The notes under the pieces were generated by a model that was not told the DNA's origin, searched no databases, and worked only from the letters and a program-made list of their open reading frames with translations. DNA of 60,636 bases, counting the filler, from Platydemus manokwari (Eukaryota), in NCBI GenBank assembly GCA_037951405.1. It is 6 parts of 6 records of this genome, joined end to end, with 100 filler letters (N's around TTAATTAATTAA, not from the genome) between each part and the next. Parts side by side here need not be neighbours in the genome. Positions count along the whole stretch, not along the records: positions 1 to 11,605 come from JBBMOY010569996.1; 5 more parts are not named here. One strand, given 5' to 3'. Shown here piece by piece: positions 1 to 11,705 of this stretch (position 1 is its first letter; every line of letters starts with the position of its first letter). The translations under genes were made by a program, and so were the position numbers.

Positions 1-200
1 CCATCTTTCTTCTTTACCAATATAAAAGGTGATCCCCATGGTGATGAACTTTCTCTTATTGTTTCATTACTTAACATTTCCTGGACCTGTTTATCTACTT
101 CTCCTTCTAAGGCATATGGCACTCGATATGGTCGCTGTCTGATGGGCGTTGGATCTGTTAATATAATCTTGTGTTTCAATATAGTACATTTCCCTAATGC
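1..200 (-). mobile_element. Ty3/Gypsy LTR-retrotransposon pol fragment (N-terminal part of reverse transcriptase), runs off the window edge
   Basis: Minus-strand translation ALGKCTILKHKIILTDPTPIRQRPYRVPYALEGEVDKQVQEMLSNETIRESSSPWGSPFILVKKKDG matches the Gypsy RT N-terminal pattern (PI.Q.PYR.P...V..ML....I..S.SPW.SP..LV.KKDG). Similarity is lost upstream of ~210. Confidence 0.92.
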
Positions 201-3200
201 AGAAAAATGGAATCCAATAATTGAAAGAATTTATTTTGATTCTGATTAAGTACTTTATTAGGAGTTAAAACTCTTATACATGTCTGAAAATTTTTAATAT
301 ATTAAATTACATTACATTAAATTAAATTACTCCAACATCAGGTAAATAACAACAAGTTAATAAAACTGTAAAAATTTTTAACACATAAATTAATAAAATT
401 TTCATAAAGCAATTAAACGGGATTGATGATATTTTCTAATTTTATGTTTATTCATTTTTGTGTTTCTATTTTTGGGATTTCTACTTAAATTTTAATATTT
501 ATTTCAAGAGTCGCGTACTCAAGTGCAGCAACCGTTCAGAAAAGTAGGAAAAATAATACAAATAAGTGGCAAATTTTATAAAATTACACCTTTGCTTCAT
601 TAATATTTTTAATTTTTCAATTTTAGAAATAAATTAAATGTAGATAAATAAAAATTTAGATAAAAACTGCATGATGACTCAGCTAATCTAAATGTTGGAT
701 CTTAAAGAAAACTGATGTATGAAATTATTTCCGGTATTTTCGATTAACGTAATTAACTCTTCAGTGCTAAAATATTTTCTGTAAAATCACAATAAACAAA
801 ATGTTTTAAGAAACAAACATTTATTAACTTGAAAATCATTATTAATATTTAATAATCTATAATTTTATCGATTGAAGTTTGTGAATTTGTGGGATGTTAA
901 ATATTTTTACAGAATCGTTTTATCATTTAAATTTATTGATGTATGTTATTTTGATTTGTTAACTAAGTACGATCTTTGAAATTATAAATTTTCTTGTTGA
1001 TTATAGTGGATTGAGTTTTATGTTACTTTATTAATCTACTGAATGTAATGTGTTTGAATTTTCTGACACCAGTTGAATATAAGAACTTTTCTTCATTTAT
1101 GTATAATAATTCCGACTTATCTGATGTCGCCCTATCACGGAAAATAAGTAAATAATATATTGTTTTAATAAATACAATTTGAATTCTTAATTCAGTTTTT
1201 TCCTGTTTTTTAATTAAAGTTTATGAAGTGTTTAAAATTAAATTTTACTTAAATATGGAATTTTTGTTCTAATCTTACATTTTTATATTCAGCAAGTGTT
1301 TTATTTTATTTCCGAAATATCAGCTTTTAAATTCGTTCATTGTTTTTATAGCTTGTTACAACAAAGCTGTAATTTTGATTTTAGATTTTGATATTTATCT
1401 TTTGTTGAATGCTAAATCGAATTTTAATTATAATATAAGTTTATTTAGCCAATTGAGTCTCATGAGTAATAGTTTAAATACAATATATTTGTATTATTCG
1501 ATTTTAAATGTCTCTGTGATATTGAATTCTACGGCAAAACTACTCTATTTATAAGGTCAATTACACATTAAACTTTTGATATATTTACTCCACAATGATG
1601 AACAAGTCATGATTAGATTGTTTCGTATTGATGTGTCTTCGTTTATCAAGTCAAAGTGAAATTTTGTTACAAAAACATCCTAAAATTTTGTGATTAGTTC
1701 TGAATCGATTTAATTGGATATTTGGAAATAGTTGATTTTAAATCTAATTTATTAATATCAAATAATTTTTAAAAAATTTCATTGTAATAAAATTGCGTTT
1801 TTTATTGTCACCTTTTTTTACTTCTCAGAGTTTATGATTATGAAAATATAATATCATATTATTTAAAATCGGAAAAATTAATTATACTTATCTCTATACA
1901 TCTTTGTTTAATTTTATTATAGCATTCTTTCTTATCAATTACAATTTTTATGTGAGATTGATTGTTGACTCTTATTTTATTAATTAAACCACTTTATATT
2001 TTTTTAGCATTCAAGTTTATTTCAGTTAAAACGTATGGCTTGTCTTCTAATGATTTGATTTCTAATTTATAGATAAGTCATTTCTCATTCGTAGATTATC
2101 GTATGATTTTATATTTGGTCTTTTTACTAATTGATAATTGAGTTCATCATCAATACATCGACATAATTTATTTAAACTAAAAAGACTCAATGACATATTG
2201 TTGAATATATTTATTCAATCAAGAATAACTTAGACTGATGAAGGAAATATTGAAGTCTCTTATCAAACGTTCAATGTTGGAAACGAAAGTATATCTTCCG
2301 GGTTGTTTAGTAGTATGTAGACTAATCATCAATAATAAAGTGCTGAACATTTAATCTTTGAATTATTGTAACGTAATGACAGGTTAACATAAATCAAAAA
2401 CTATTTGCGAATCTAGCAAATTATATATGGATTCTAACAGAATTGATAGATATTTTAGAAAATATATTTAAATGAACTAATAATCTAATCTTGATATATA
2501 GTATTATGTTATTATTTAAAGTGGATGTTTAAATTACATCTTTCAATTTCTTTGATCTTTTTAATTTTGCTGGATTATTGGATGATACTTTATGCTTCAT
2601 GTCGGTTATCCTTGCTATGACAACATTAGAGGTTTTAAAATAATTTCTATAATAAATTTAAACCAACTATCAGAAAATACGACTAATTTACTAGTGCTGA
2701 CCGTGGTATATAGTCTAATGTTTCTCAATCTTTTTACTCTCGTGGAACATTTTTCAAAGAAGAAAAATTTCACTACATACCTAAAGAAATTTAAAAATTA
2801 AATGAATCTAACGACAAATATTTTATTTCGTGATAGATTTATAATTAAATATAAAAATTAAAAATAAAATACGAAAATATTTCTTTATTTTGATGGATTG
2901 TCACGTTTGGCTATTTTTGTTATTGATTTTAGTCTGACTGCTTTTTTTAAATAAATATTTGGTTGTTTAAACTTACTCATTCTATTGGAATTGACCTCGG
3001 ACCTTTGCCATTTGTTTTTGAATAACACTCAATGAATTCCTGTTTTTCGAGTCTAAAGCTTGCATTCTTTGTTAATGTCCCTGCACATATAACAAGAAAA
3101 TTGCATAAAGTACAATGTATTTAGTATAGTGTTTTCAAACAGTGTTCATTATCAAATAATCACATATTGTTCTTATATAAACTGCTGAGACTCCGGTACA

Positions 3201-4789
3201 ATGTAACAAACAATTACAATAAATATAATTACAAAATTTAATCAAAATAACTGTAGTTAAAACTGTAGTTAATTTATTAAAATACAACGGAAAAAATAAA
3301 AATTAATTTAATTCTTTCCCAAAACACTCATTTTAAAATTATTTATTTAGTCTATTACATTTGCTAAATGTTGTTATATTTCGTAATGATTTATTTTACT
3401 TAACATGCCTTACTTGGTTCTCGAAGCTGTATATTTTCCTCATATTGATACATTATTTTTCATTCTTATTACTTTTTCATAATATGTTATGTTTTTGTTG
3501 TGTTGCATTCTTAATTGCGTTAACTAGTATTTCGGTTATGAAGGTATTTTATGAATTACGTTAATGTCTTATGGTATGTAATTTATTATCAAAGATATTT
3601 AATAGATTTTAATTAAGTTATCTAATGTTTGATGATATCTTGATAATTATACAAAGCTACCTGACAATAAGCAGTAGCGTTAAGTTTTGTAATACTAAAA
3701 TTTAAAATGCTCTTATACTTTATTTGACTCCTTTCTGTATAGGAGCAGCATACAATTCTATTTACAAAAGTATTGGTTATTGCAGTTTAATAGTACTCAA
3801 TAAAATTTAAACCCAGAATATAACTACAACCTGCACAAAAATAATATTTACTAGAGCCTACTCCTAGTTAATAACCTAAATAGTTTTAACAAATTTACTT
3901 TAAAATAATGTAAAATACCTAATTACATAAACTATGTTTATAATAATTAAATCAAGTTAGATTACCTATTATCTGTAAAATGGAAAGACCACTGTTTTGC
4001 TCTGGTTTATATATTAAATTTTCGTACAGAACCTCTCTGTTTGTACAGATAACATACTGTTATTATTCATAATTATTAATTTTCCTTGACTTCGATAAGA
4101 TAAATATTTTAGTTTAATCTGTGTTTATAAATCATAATTATTATTTTCTTTTACATTTATTATTGTTATCCTTTATTATTATTGTAAGATTATTATTATT
4201 TCAGACCTATATATTTATTGACCATTCTCATATATATAATCCAAAACACTATATAATCAAAAACACTAATTATACACAATTATACAAGATCAATTTATTA
4301 CAGATGCGTTAGCTCAAATTCAGAACAAATAAAGTGCAATTTTTTCGCTGTCATTTTATATAGATTTTGTAACTATAGACTTCAAAGTATTCATTTTAAT
4401 TTTTTTAAATATTTTTTTCTCGACTCAATTCCAATGATTGATTATCGATTCACAAGGTACAAATTCTTTTACTATAATATTGAGATTATTCACGAAATTG
4501 TCATTTTTGATTTGTTCATGAAATTTTCTATAATTAAATATTAATATTTCTTATTTTGTTTGCCAAATTTATTTCTGATAACTTTTTAATTATTCTTCAT
4601 TCACTAGGATTTCGTTAATTTATTCAGTTATTATTAGTTATCAATTTGTTTATGTTAAATGCTGTATCATTTTTCTGTATGCTATTAATAGTTTTTAATC
4701 TGTCCTTTACTTCTTTTTATTTTCGATTTATTAATCCTAGAACATTATTAGGGGACATGGTTTACTGTTTTGCCGCGGAAATGCCAAAT

Positions 4790-5490
4790 GTGATTGTAAT
4801 GTCACTACTTGAGGCATATTCTGAATGTAATTGTCTCGGTTATCTGGATTCACAAAGCACATCGAATGCAATGTTGATAACCGAGACTTTGAAAACGGTA
4901 GTACGACCTCCAGTAATCTGTTTATATTAAATAAAAAGTATTGTAAATATAATATTTCTGTTTACTGTGTGATTATTGCATATAGAGTTGCAGATTGGAA
5001 ATAGGAAGCAATTTTTCTTGTTGTATCTTTTCAGTCCTCCATCGACTAAAATTTTAGGTCTTCGACGTTCTCGATTATATTTGGCTCCACCAAAATGGGT
5101 CTCATAAATTTTCACGACTATATTTTTACCTCCGATAATTTTTCTGTGCCTCACTGTGTTCATAAGTGTGGAATCGACAAATTTTGTGCCTTAATAAATT
5201 ATATTAAATTCTTAGTTTTATTTTATTAAATATTATTACCATTACTTAATCGTTGGCTTGCTTACGGAAATCATTTGTTAATACACTTTTGTGTGGCCTC
5301 CGTGCATTCATTACAAACAATTAATATTGAGAAAGTCGAAACGGGACCAGGTCGAATTGTTGAAAATAGCTCCTATTCGAATTCCAATACTTCTTATGCA
5401 TTTTTGGCATCTCCAAATATATAATTTACTTGATTTTGGTGAAATTTTCATTGGATTGCTACATCGACATATTTTGGATATGAGAGCAGA
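4790..5490 (-). mobile_element. Degenerate Merlin / IS1595(ISXO2)-like DDE transposase
   Basis: Minus-strand pieces in the expected order across frameshifts: Zn-finger-like ICRCSNPMKI...YIWRCQKCIRSIGIRIGAIF; IGGKNIVVKIYETHFGGAKYNRERRRPKILVDGGLKR..KNCFL (cf. IGG.G.IVEIDE..F..RKY.RG....W.FGG.ER); TDYWRSYYRFQSLGYQH; FVNPDNRDNYIQN. The first catalytic Asp is mutated; no TIRs recognised. Confidence 0.8.
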
Positions 5491-8187
5491 ATGCTCTTAA
5501 AAGTCTCAGTGGTTGTTATTACTTTATTTTTATAATGTTGAACTTGAAGTAAACGATAATTGGGTTTTGATATTTGTACTTATCATCAGAGTAGATGCCA
5601 TAGTACTATTTTGTTGTACTGTGAGAGTCATGTGAATATTATTTTGATTTAGACATGCGTTTGATACGTTAACATAAACATGTAACATCCAGAGTGAAAT
5701 AGATAGTGCTTGAATATACTTGAATAATTCGGGCTTAAGTCACGGTGATGTTTATCAGTGAAGGAGAATAGATCAAAATTATCCACTTTGGATGTGATGG
5801 AATCCTACTAGCCTGGTGCTAAGTAGTATTTGGTGATAGTTCATGTGAGGTAATTCAGCTAGTATAACTCGGTGAATTACCTGTGTATACTTTAATAGTG
5901 AATAGAATCAGAATAATGATGATTCCACCCATGATCTGACTTTGATCAGTAATTAGGTCGCGTGTTTAACACTGATATAATATGTAATAACAATAGAGCA
6001 ATAAAACGATAAGTCAAAATAATACGTAATACGTTTAATAGAATAAAAATTAACGGATATGTGCTGCAGTATAATTGATAGAAGGAAGTGTTATGCCCTG
6101 AAGAGTTTTGAAACAAACCGACATAAGGACGAAAAATTAAAGATTTTATTTTAAGTAATCCAAACCCTGGGTGCTTTGCAAAGTAACGGCACTAAAGTAC
6201 AAATTCTTCGACTTTATACTTTAGCGTCGGTGTGATGAGATAACAAAACAACCGTTGATTTGAAATAAATTGATATATATTTCTCCGTAAAACTCCAGTC
6301 AGTTTCAATGACTCTTCGGCAAAATTGTATATGTTGATCCAACGGCAAACTCGAAGCCAATAGATCCTAGTGATTTCCCTAATGATGTGGCATACCCTTT
6401 TTGCGAATAATTGTTGAAGTTTGGTATGAGAAACTGTATGCGGTGAAGTGATTCTATCCCCCTATTTATATTTGCCGTTCAACAAGTACTGCATTAGAAA
6501 TAATATTTTAATATTTGAAATCCCTCAATAATTGCAAATATAGGATTGCGTAATATTTATACCTTCTCTTGAAGTATTTATTACAAACATAATTTAATTA
6601 CAATTATGTTTTTTCATTATTATAAATTTTTATAAATAAATTATTTATCCAGAAATGTAAGAAAAATTTTTAAATAAAATAAAATTGCTACAAATGTTAA
6701 CTCATGCAATACAGTTTAGTAGAAACATATTACTTATAAAAATTGTCATAAGCTGACAAATTACGATACATTAGTGTTGATATAATTCAACTAAATAAAA
6801 ATTGGTACATTAATCGATACAGTTTGATTAACATAAAAATTTATACACTATACACCAATATTGTTTATCATAGTAGTTATTGCCAAATCGATTATTATTG
6901 TCAGAACCCCAACCGTTTTAGGTGTTTAATAAAGATAGAACTTGCTCTGGAGTTCAAATTATAAATGTGCAATTTGTAAAAAGTTATTGATTAACAATTA
7001 AAATATAATCTTAAAAGTTTATAATAATCATCACTCTAATCTTTAACTTATCGGGACTCCAGACATAAGGTCGTTGTTGAAAAAACTAAAATTTATTTAA
7101 CGTATTAGTCATGTCGATGCGGTGGCACAAGTCCTCACATCATTTAATGATTTCTATTTTTTTTTTCTTTTTTTACTGGTTGCATTTTCCATGGTTTCCT
7201 GTTCGGTAGCGTCATATATTGGTGCTCTCCTGAGAGTATTTTTTTGGTTTTTCTATTTTTTAGTTTTGAGAAGTTCCGATGAGTTTGCGTAGAGAAGTCC
7301 TAGGTAGTTATCGCATCTTTGTTGGCTTCTTTGGAATGGAGACGGTTGAAGACCATTTAGTTGTTGGCGATCTTTGGCAGGTCGGAGATTGAGTTGATCG
7401 TTCCGATGATAAAATTGCGATTGTTGGTGGTTTTCAGTCAATTCCGATTCCGTGTAGGAATGTAGGACACAATATTCATTGTCCAAGAGACTCCTTTTCG
7501 TCGAGTTGTTTGTTTATTTTCCGATTATTTTGAGCAGTATTTATGGGAAGTCGATTATAAGTTGGTCGTAGCAGGACTTTATTGATTTGTGTTTGGGGGG
7601 ACGAAGTATTCACTATGTTCTGGTTCGCTCATTTTATTGAAAAATATGCTGGTCTTCGGGGTTTTTGTTTAAATGATTTTAGATAATGTTATTGATTTAT
7701 TTGATTATTTGGCGCTTTGCTCTAAAGGTACTGATCCTATGGGAGCTTCAACACCTGGTATTGAGGACCAAGATGTCGGAAAATGAATTTCATATATTTA
7801 ACTGAAGCACAGAGATTTCGTTGACTCTCTGGGCCTAAACAGAATGATATTAGTTTTCTATGATCGTAATTATAACTTGTAATTAATAACAATACTGTGG
7901 GTTAACAAAGATATATTTATGAAAACAACTGACAATTAGTTAGTTAAAAAGATAATAACAAGGTTTGAGCAAATATCTCGTACCTCGCCTCAGCGATTAA
8001 CGAGAAATCCGGTGTCGGATGGAAGATTAAAGATACAGAGAAAATTTTAAATGATGATTAATTATTATTACGCTTATCATATAGTTTAATGATCGTGAAA
8101 TTTATGACTCAATGTGAAAGAATCTAACTCTTACTAATTTTTCGTCCGCTGGCACTGAGTTCGCAAAAAATGTGAAAATAACTTCGG

Positions 8188-10049
8188 CTAGTCCTCTTCC
8201 TCCTCTATTTCTAGGATTTCATCCTCCTCCATTCCAGGACTTCTTCCTTTTCCTCCTTTTCTTTTAACCATTCCTTGCAGTTTTTTATTGTAGCATCTAT
8301 TTCCTGCATTTCTATATGTATTTCCTCATTTCACTTTGGTCCTGTTGCAACTCCTTCATCCTTCCTTGTAAGGCATCCACATTGTCCCACTTGCTTGTTA
8401 TCTCCTTTGCCTTTTCAAACTTTTCCATTTTTTCCTTTATCTCGTCCATCTTTTTCTGCATTTCTCTCCTTTCCTCCTTTGTCTTTCTTTCCCATTCAGA
8501 TTCTTCTCTTCTCATTGCTTTCTCATATTCACAACTCCATCTTAGCAGCTCCTCCAACTCTTCATCATTCCAGCTGCTAATATCGACGTCCATGTCCTCT
8601 ATTCCTATTTCCATGTCTTCCGCCTGCTCTACCAACATTTGCTCCATTCTACTATTACTTGTGCCTGGTTCGTCTTCTGCCTTTGTTTTTTTCTTGGACA
8701 TTTTTCTACGGGGAACTGTTCTTCCCCTAAATGCTGTCGTATCATATGTTCATACGACCTTTTTGCCGCCATTGATTCCTTATCTTTCACCTCTTCATCC
8801 AACGGAATCAATCTCCAAGCTCGTTGCGGCGGCTCCAGCTCTCTTATTATCATTCTTGGTTTAATGGGTGTGGTATCTTTTGCCTTACTCCTTTCGTCCT
8901 CTTCATATTTCTTGACCTTCTCCTTCCAGCGGTTGTCCTGACTGTCATCCTCATGGTCCTTCCATTCTTTTTCAACCGCCTTATATACTGCCTGGACTCC
9001 TGCTTTCGTGTCCAGCAGTTCTCCTTGTCTCATTTTCCTTCCTATGACCCGGTGGTAGATGTCTTGCAACCGATATGTTGTTGCAATTCTCTGCCTATAT
9101 CCTTTTCTCTCCACTCGTTCTTCTTCTGCCACCTTTTGGTTGATTATTGGTGCCCCATCCAGGTCTCGGATGCCCAGCACCTCTTCCAATCTCACTCCTA
9201 TTGCCATCAGCTTTTCCTTCAGCCGATGGCCAATCAAAATCTTTCCTCACCAGATCTCTCTGAGCCTCACTTTGGCCCACTCCTTATCCATCTGGCCTCT
9301 AATCTCATATTCTTCGATGCCCCCTCTATCAACGTGGTATTTCTTTATTTCCGCTCTCGGACTTTTTTCTTCGAATAACGTCGCCCCCTCGTAACTCTAT
9401 TACCGCTACGTGAGATGGAACTCTCCCATAAAATCTTCTGCCGTCTTGACATCGATAAAAATTAGGGCTTCCCGATCTTCTTCTAGGGTCATCTTCCTTC
9501 TAAGGAAACTCAGGCTTCTGTCCAATGCCTGAAAGCCATTATGGAGTTACTGGGTATCTCGGACAGCCACTCCCGTCCTTCCACTATTCTCTGTTCTATC
9601 TCGAAAATGGCCGGGAGGTCCGATACGCTAATTATAGCGCTTCTATAGCTTCCCAATGCGACAATTCTTCCCCTCTGTTCATGTCGCATTCTTAGCCGTA
9701 TTTTTAGGGAGGATAGGGCTTCTATTTCATGGTTGTCAGTCCCTATTCTGACCGTTATTCTCGGGGTTGCTGCATGTATTACTATGCGATGGGTTTCTGC
9801 AGGTCCATGCTGTAGTAACTCCCCTAACTGGAATCTGGTTTGGGTAATGGTATGCACTATTTGAAAAGTGCGATTATTCTGGGTCGGGGCTTTAAGTTTG
9901 TTAGGTATGTCTTCTACCAGCTCATATTTCCTAACCCCTATGTTGTGTGGGGTTGCCTTAAGTATGAACTGTTGCACTGCCCGGTAGAATCGATTTGGGT
10001 AACTTGCTTTCTGGGTTTGTTTGACATCCATTTCTGAAATATAACACAT
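8188..10049 (-). pseudogene. Disrupted intronless ORF of a putative mobile element: unknown N-terminal domain + REX4/ISG20-like DEDDh exonuclease-fold domain (~8956-9465) + acidic/basic coiled-coil C-terminus
   Basis: Joining ORFs 9510-10049, 8629-9237, 8312-8701 and the intervening frames gives ...LIFIDVKTAEDFMG/RVPSHVAVIELRGGDVIRRKK/VPRAEIKKYHVDRGGIEEYEIRGQMDKEWAKVRLREIW*GKILIGHRLKEKLMAIG...IRDL...YRLQDIYHRVIGRKMRQGELLDTKAGVQAVYKAVEKEWKD, collinear with REX4-family motifs (GRILVGH, IRDT, L..L...ILG..VQ, Y..VKKEWE). In-frame TGA at 9247-9249 and several frameshifts; ends ...EEDEILEIEEEED* at 8188. Confidence 0.7.
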
Positions 10050-10388
10050 TAATGTTTATATCAATATGGATTTTGATGAATGACAATGATCGATGACAAT
10101 GCTTACTTTATTTATCGTAGCGACTCCTCCTTGATATTGGTTGATATCGCTATTGGGTCGTCGCCTCAGCTTCAGTTTTTGCTTTGACTTTTATTTTTCC
10201 CCTTATTTTTAATGATTTTAGTATCTTAGTTTGATTTCTATTTGATATATTTTGCTTACCATTACTGTTTATGGGTGCCGTTTTCCTTTTATATTAATTT
10301 TTTATCATAAATATATTATAAATAACATAGATATTGTTTATAAATATTCATATTCAACTATTTCCTATTTACACGTTCTTCTTTTTGC

Positions 10389-11605
10389 TTAGAACTCCGT
10401 CTCCAAGACCCCATTATACGTGGTAATAAAGGGTCTATTTCTTCTTCTCATTCGAAGATAATTTCCTGCCAACATTGTGGCTACCGTCACTGTAACTGCC
10501 AAGATTACTTCTCCTATTATTGTTATTATAGTTTCCAGCGAAAATGCAACGTCTTATGCACTCGTGGTCATCTTTTGATACGCTTTTGTGGTTGTGGTTT
10601 GTTCCTTAATTGTTGTTAATGGTATTGCCCTTGTTGTCACCGGCTCCTTTCCTTGTTTGTATATCATTTTCTTTTCATGATGTATCTCATTATTGAACGT
10701 TACTCCTTCAATTTGTTCATAAAAGTAAACGTCTATTTCTATCTGTGACTGTTCTAATGACACCATTGTCTGTCCTTGTGTACCATTGGTTATTATTACC
10801 TTTGCATTGTTTATATAAACTTGTGCCGTTAAACATTCCATTTTTATCCACCTTATTTCTATCCCTAATTCTATTGATTTTGCGTACACTCTTCCTTCAA
10901 TATCTGGTGTTTGTACTATCACTTCTCTTCCTATTTTTTCCATTGTTATCTGTAATTGGTAAGCTTCCCTGTCTTGGACCTTCCTTATCTTTATCTCATG
11001 ATCATTAGATTTATCTCCTTGTATTTGGTGCTCTATCATTCCCCTATATATTTTTCTCCAACATCTTTCTTTGGTAAGCTGATATGTCGTTTCACTTTTA
11101 GTCGAAAATCCCTTCTTGGCGTGTTTTGATTTCTTACTATGATTACTCCTGGATGGCTTTGTATTATGAATTTTGCGAATTTATCGTCATCCACCATATA
11201 TCTTATAATCGACTGATGACAATTTTGTTCACTTCCTGGTATTATTAATAACAATGCTGATACCGCTAAGATATTCTTGACGCTACTGGCCTTGCCGCTG
11301 CTCTTCTTAATGTGTACATTCTTATTCCTCTTCTCCTGCTAGCTAATATCACTATAATTGCTGCTATCGTCATCACTGCCTTTATCGCCTTCTCACTTTG
11401 CTGATATTCCTGATGTAGTTGATTGCTCTCATTTTTCATCTTTTCTTCCCTGGCTCGAGCAATGAGCACTACTTTGTCCTTATTCTCCTGACATTTCTTC
11501 TTTTCATTAATGTACTTTTCTACTCTCCTTCTCAATCTGTGATTATCTCTCAGCATCCTATAATATTCTAATTCATAATTAGGTTTACTAATTTCCTTGT
11601 TTGGT
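10389..11605 (-). pseudogene. Disrupted intronless env-like membrane-protein ORF (coiled coil, TM, basic loop, internal signal-like segment, beta-rich ectodomain, Thr-rich stalk, TM, short tail); 5' end lost in the gap
   Basis: The frame is open from the gap at 11605 through ORF 11266-11556 (AVMTIAAIIVILASRRR), shifts to KNILAVSALLLIIPGSEQ (ORF 11036-11254), shifts to ORF 10554-11039 (NGT sequon, TTRAIPLTTIKEQTTTTK). Past a single TAA (10554-10556) it continues DVAFSLETIITIIGEVILAVTVTVATMLAGNYLRMRRRNRPFITTYNGVLETEF*. Confidence 0.65.
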
Positions 11606-11705
11606 NNNNNNNNNNNNNNNNNNNNNNNNNNNNNNNNNNNNNNNNNNNNTTAATTAATTAANNNNNNNNNNNNNNNNNNNNNNNNNNNNNNNNNNNNNNN
11701 NNNNN
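11606..11705. other. Artificial scaffold spacer N44-TTAATTAATTAA-N44
   Basis: Exactly 100 nt; the central palindrome at 11650-11661 gives stops in all six frames; identical spacers occur elsewhere in the window. Confidence 0.97.

Noticed and set aside
6150-6470. Possible Gypsy integrase C-terminus/chromodomain relic on minus strand (IGDRI...KL..LF...HII)
   Set aside because: GPY/F and chromodomain aromatic residues are absent; too weak to call.
8275-9394. Overlapping plus-strand ORFs (8275-8580, 8316-8864, 8639-8941, 8824-9378, 9059-9394) as hydrophobic proteins
   Set aside because: S/F/L-rich antisense shadows of the purine-rich minus-strand ORF, which carries the recognisable motifs.
11650-11661. 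TTAATTAATTAA palindromes recurring every ~10 kb as a biological repeat or CRISPR-like array
   Set aside because: Always centred in exactly 44+44 Ns; a synthetic six-frame stop linker.
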